A program made the position numbers and the translations under genes. This document shows, piece by piece, positions 61,210 to 64,000 of a DNA stretch of 64,000 bases. A model generated the notes under the pieces. The model worked only from the letters and a program-made list of their open reading frames with translations. It was not told where the DNA came from and ran no database searches. The stretch comes from Nitrospirales bacterium (GTDB lineage: Bacteria > Nitrospirota > Nitrospiria > Nitrospirales > UBA8639), in NCBI GenBank assembly GCA_963555755.3, contig OY820905.2:2656001-2720000 (forward strand), read 5' to 3'. Every line of letters begins with the position of its first letter. Within the stretch, counting starts at the first letter, position 1.

Positions 61210-63731
61210 CACTACTGTCCGGTTAAATTATCGAACAAATTCAATTGGTTGCACATGGCATAGGCCGCCTCATTGTAGCGCTTATCCGTAAGGAGTTGAT
61301 TCAATGGAATTTTCTCAAACAGGGTCAGGCTCAACACCTGTAAAATTGTGTAGAGGTCTGCCTTGAGATCGAGTCGTTTTTTGATGATTGCCACCAGCAC
61401 ATAGATCGAGATGGCGATCCAGATCTGGCTCTTGACGGCATTCTCGGAGGTGCCAAAAAACGATTTGATTCTGAGATGCTGTTTGATCCATTTAAAAAAG
61501 AGCTCCACTTGCCAGCGATAGCGATAGAGATCGGCGACGGTTTGTGCCGGCGTGGCAAAGTTGTTGGTGAGAAAGTTGAACGTCTTGTCGGTCTTGCTGT
61601 CGTGGTATTTGACTCGTCGCAATGGCTGAGGATAGGCGTGCTTGGTATTGGCTCCAGTCAGCACGATTGTCTGATCGCATCGCAACCCATGAGCTTTGTC
61701 GATGGCATGGGAGTATTGCCGTTTGTACTGCGTATTGCTCTTGGCTCGAATGACGAAAAATGTTCCCGATTGCGTGAGGGTGAACAGTCGCTCGAAGTCC
61801 AGATACCCTCGATCCATGATATAGAATGCTCCAGGCTCTGGCAGAAGGATATCGAGAACATTGACGTCGTGAAGCTTGCCGTCCGAGATATGGATAAAGG
61901 TCGGAATATTGCCGCGTAAATCGAGCAGGGTATGGAGTTTCACGGCGGACTTGGTGGAACGAAACCGTGCCCAGGGAAAAAGAGACAGGCAGAGATCGAT
62001 AGTGGAGGCATCGAGCGCGTACACGGTATGGTTGAGATCGAGCCCCAAGTCCTCTTTGGCATACAAGGGACGGGCCAGCTGGATCAAGGCCTGAGCGAAG
62101 TCGGCATAAATTCGCCAATCTCGTTGTTCGTTGGCCTCGGCCAGGGTGCTCCGGGAAATCGTGGTGCGAATCCCCATATGATAGAGTTTGGTTTGGTGAG
62201 CACGAAGACAGGCTTCGATATCGCGAAGACTTTCGCGATAGGTCAACTGTGCAAACGCCATGACCAGGTACTGATCGAGACAACGGAACTGCTTCACATA
62301 GCGTTCGCCTTGATAACGCTGAACAGATCGACGAAAGGTGTGCAGGGGTAAATGATCGGTGACTTGTGAAAAAATGAGTTGCCCCTCGTGCATGGTGTGC
62401 CCCCCAAATATCGGAGAGTGCCTCAGCACAGCATTTTTCACAATCGAAATCGGTAACACCCATTAAATCGTGATTTCCTTTGTTAGAACAGGGAGTTAGC
62501 GCGGGTGTTGGTCACTTTTACCGGACACTAGTGTAGTGTCCCTCAAATAACTGGACAAGTAGTTCTATTTAGAGTATGCTCGGGCATGGCAACTTCCTGC
62601 CAACTGTCGACATCCGAGCAGCAGCAACTTCAACAATGGGTTGCGGCCCAAGGAACACCTCAGCAGGTAGCCCTGCGCTGCCGGATCGTGCTCGCTGCCG
62701 CCGATGGACAGTCCGACTTAACCATTGCCCAGCAGTATTCGATCAACCGGAAAACGGTCATGTTGTGGCGCCAGCGATTTTCTGAACAGCGACTAGACGG
62801 TCTGTGGGAGATCGCTCCCGGACGCGGACGCAAGCCCACCTATCCCATCAAGAAGATCGCAGCGATTGTGGAGGCCACCTTGCAAACCAAGCCGGACGGC
62901 ATGACGCATTGGAGTTGCCGAACGCTGGCCAAGAGCCAGGGGGTGAGCAAGTCCACCATCAACACCATCTGGCAGGCTCACAATCTGAAGCCCCATCGGG
63001 TGGAAACCTTCAAGCTGTCCCGTGATCCGAAGTTCCTGGAGAAACTCACCGACGTCGTTGGACTCTACCTGAATCCGCCCCAACAGGCGATTGTGTTGTG
63101 TGTGGACGAGAAGAGTCAGATTCAGGCCTTAGATCGAACCCAACCCGGCTTGCCGCTTAAGAAGGGACGGTGTGGGACCATGACCCATGACTACAAGCGC
63201 CACGGCACAACCACCCTCTTCGCCGCTCTGGAGACGTTACAGGGCAAGGTGATCGGCCAATGTTATCAGCGGCATCGGCATCAGGAATTCCTCAAGTTTT
63301 TGCGGACCCTTAACAAGGCGTTCCCGGGCACCATGCCCCTGCATGTCATCATGGACAATTATGGAACGCATAAGCATAAAAATGTACGGGCTTGGTTCAC
63401 GCGCCACCCGCGCTTCGTACCGCACTTTGTCCCGACCAGCTCCAGTTGGCTGAACCTGGTCGAGCGATGGTTTGGTGAACTAAGCGCGAAGGCGATCCGC
63501 CGGGGAGCCTTTGGGAGTGTGCAAGATTTGAAGGCCTGCATCGAGGCGTTCCTGACGGCATGGAATAAGGCTCCGAAACCGTTCGTCTGGGCTGCGACAG
63601 TCGATTCGATTATTGACAAACTCTCACGTTGCCAACAAACGTTGGAGCAGATTCAGCCCGGCTGCACCAGCCCACGTAGGAGAAAACGAAAGAAATAACT
63701 GTCCAGTTATTTCCTGGACACTACACTAGTG
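61210..63731 (-). mobile_element. IS4-family element (transposase 61212-~62393) with an IS630 inserted in its terminal repeat
   Basis: ESLRDIE, DASTIDLC, MDRGY, Y..RWQVELFFKWIKQ; TIR CACTACTGTCCGG / CCGGACACTA..GTG; ATCTAATAT duplicated at 61201 and 63732. Confidence 0.9.
62531..63726 (+). mobile_element. IS630-family element, intact transposase 62586-63698
   Basis: VDEKSQIQALDR, MDNYGTHK; TIR GTGTAGTGTCC / GGACACTACAC; TA duplication. Confidence 0.95.
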
Positions 63732-63751
63732 ATCTAATATCTTTAAATTGA

Positions 63752-63880
63752 AATAAGTTGGAGAACTTGACCGGAAATCGTGCAGGAGAATATAGCATCC
63801 GAATCAATGATCAATGGCGAATCTGTTTCGCCTGGAAAGAAGATGGCCCCTACGATATGGAAATTACAGACTACCATTGA
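63752..63880 (+). pseudogene. higB: HigB (RelE-family) toxin C-terminal fragment
   Basis: Manual translation NKLENLTGNRAGEYSIRINDQWRICFAW...ITDYH*. Confidence 0.8.
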
Positions 63881-63892
63881 GAAGGTGAGATC

Positions 63893-64000
63893 GTGAAAAA
63901 CAAAATGCGTCCCGTTCCACCAGGGGAAATCCTTGCTGAGGAGTTTTTGAAGCCGCTTGGGATGACGGCGAATGCCTTGGCCAAAGCTATTGGGGTCCCG
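63893..64000 (+). CDS. higA: HigA-family antitoxin (partial)
   Basis: [32 protein letters not shown]. Confidence 0.85.
   Translation, partial: MKNKMRPVPPGEILAEEFLKPLGMTANALAKAIGVP

Noticed and set aside
1..64000. tRNA or rRNA genes
   Set aside because: None recognised by eye; tRNAscan-SE/barrnap would be needed to exclude them.

Overview
Bacterial chromosomal window; the core genes suggest a marine Nitrospirota-like organism (inference). About 1-23 kb is a mosaic of foreign fragments stitched between insertion sequences. The fragments are a Cre-like recombinase with a lox-like site, AT-rich and GC-rich phage-like pieces, a BrnTA module and cbpA/cbpM remnants. The IS elements are two IS256, two IS630, one ISNCY, one IS66-like and three ISCR/IS91-like rolling-circle elements, two of them linked to lexA. 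About 23-61 kb is mostly ordinary: PEP-CTERM protein, split ArgZ-like arginine catabolism pair, SelO, ArsR-SRPBCC, M28 peptidase, transporters, REC-GGDEF-EAL, YdbH-YnbE-YdbL, MscS, ccdA-tlpA and a system I cytochrome c maturation operon. It is peppered with nested miniature palindromic elements. The window ends with an IS4 carrying an IS630 in its terminal repeat and a higBA remnant. Main signals: (1) a strong A:T->C:G substitution signature in the degraded IS copies; (2) a lexA-ISCR unit with an operator-bearing promoter; (3) miniature elements with unrelated ends but a shared structured core; (4) a Cre-like recombinase/site pair; (5) a His-less CcmE-like/CcmD-like fusion. All calls come from manual reading; no searches were run.
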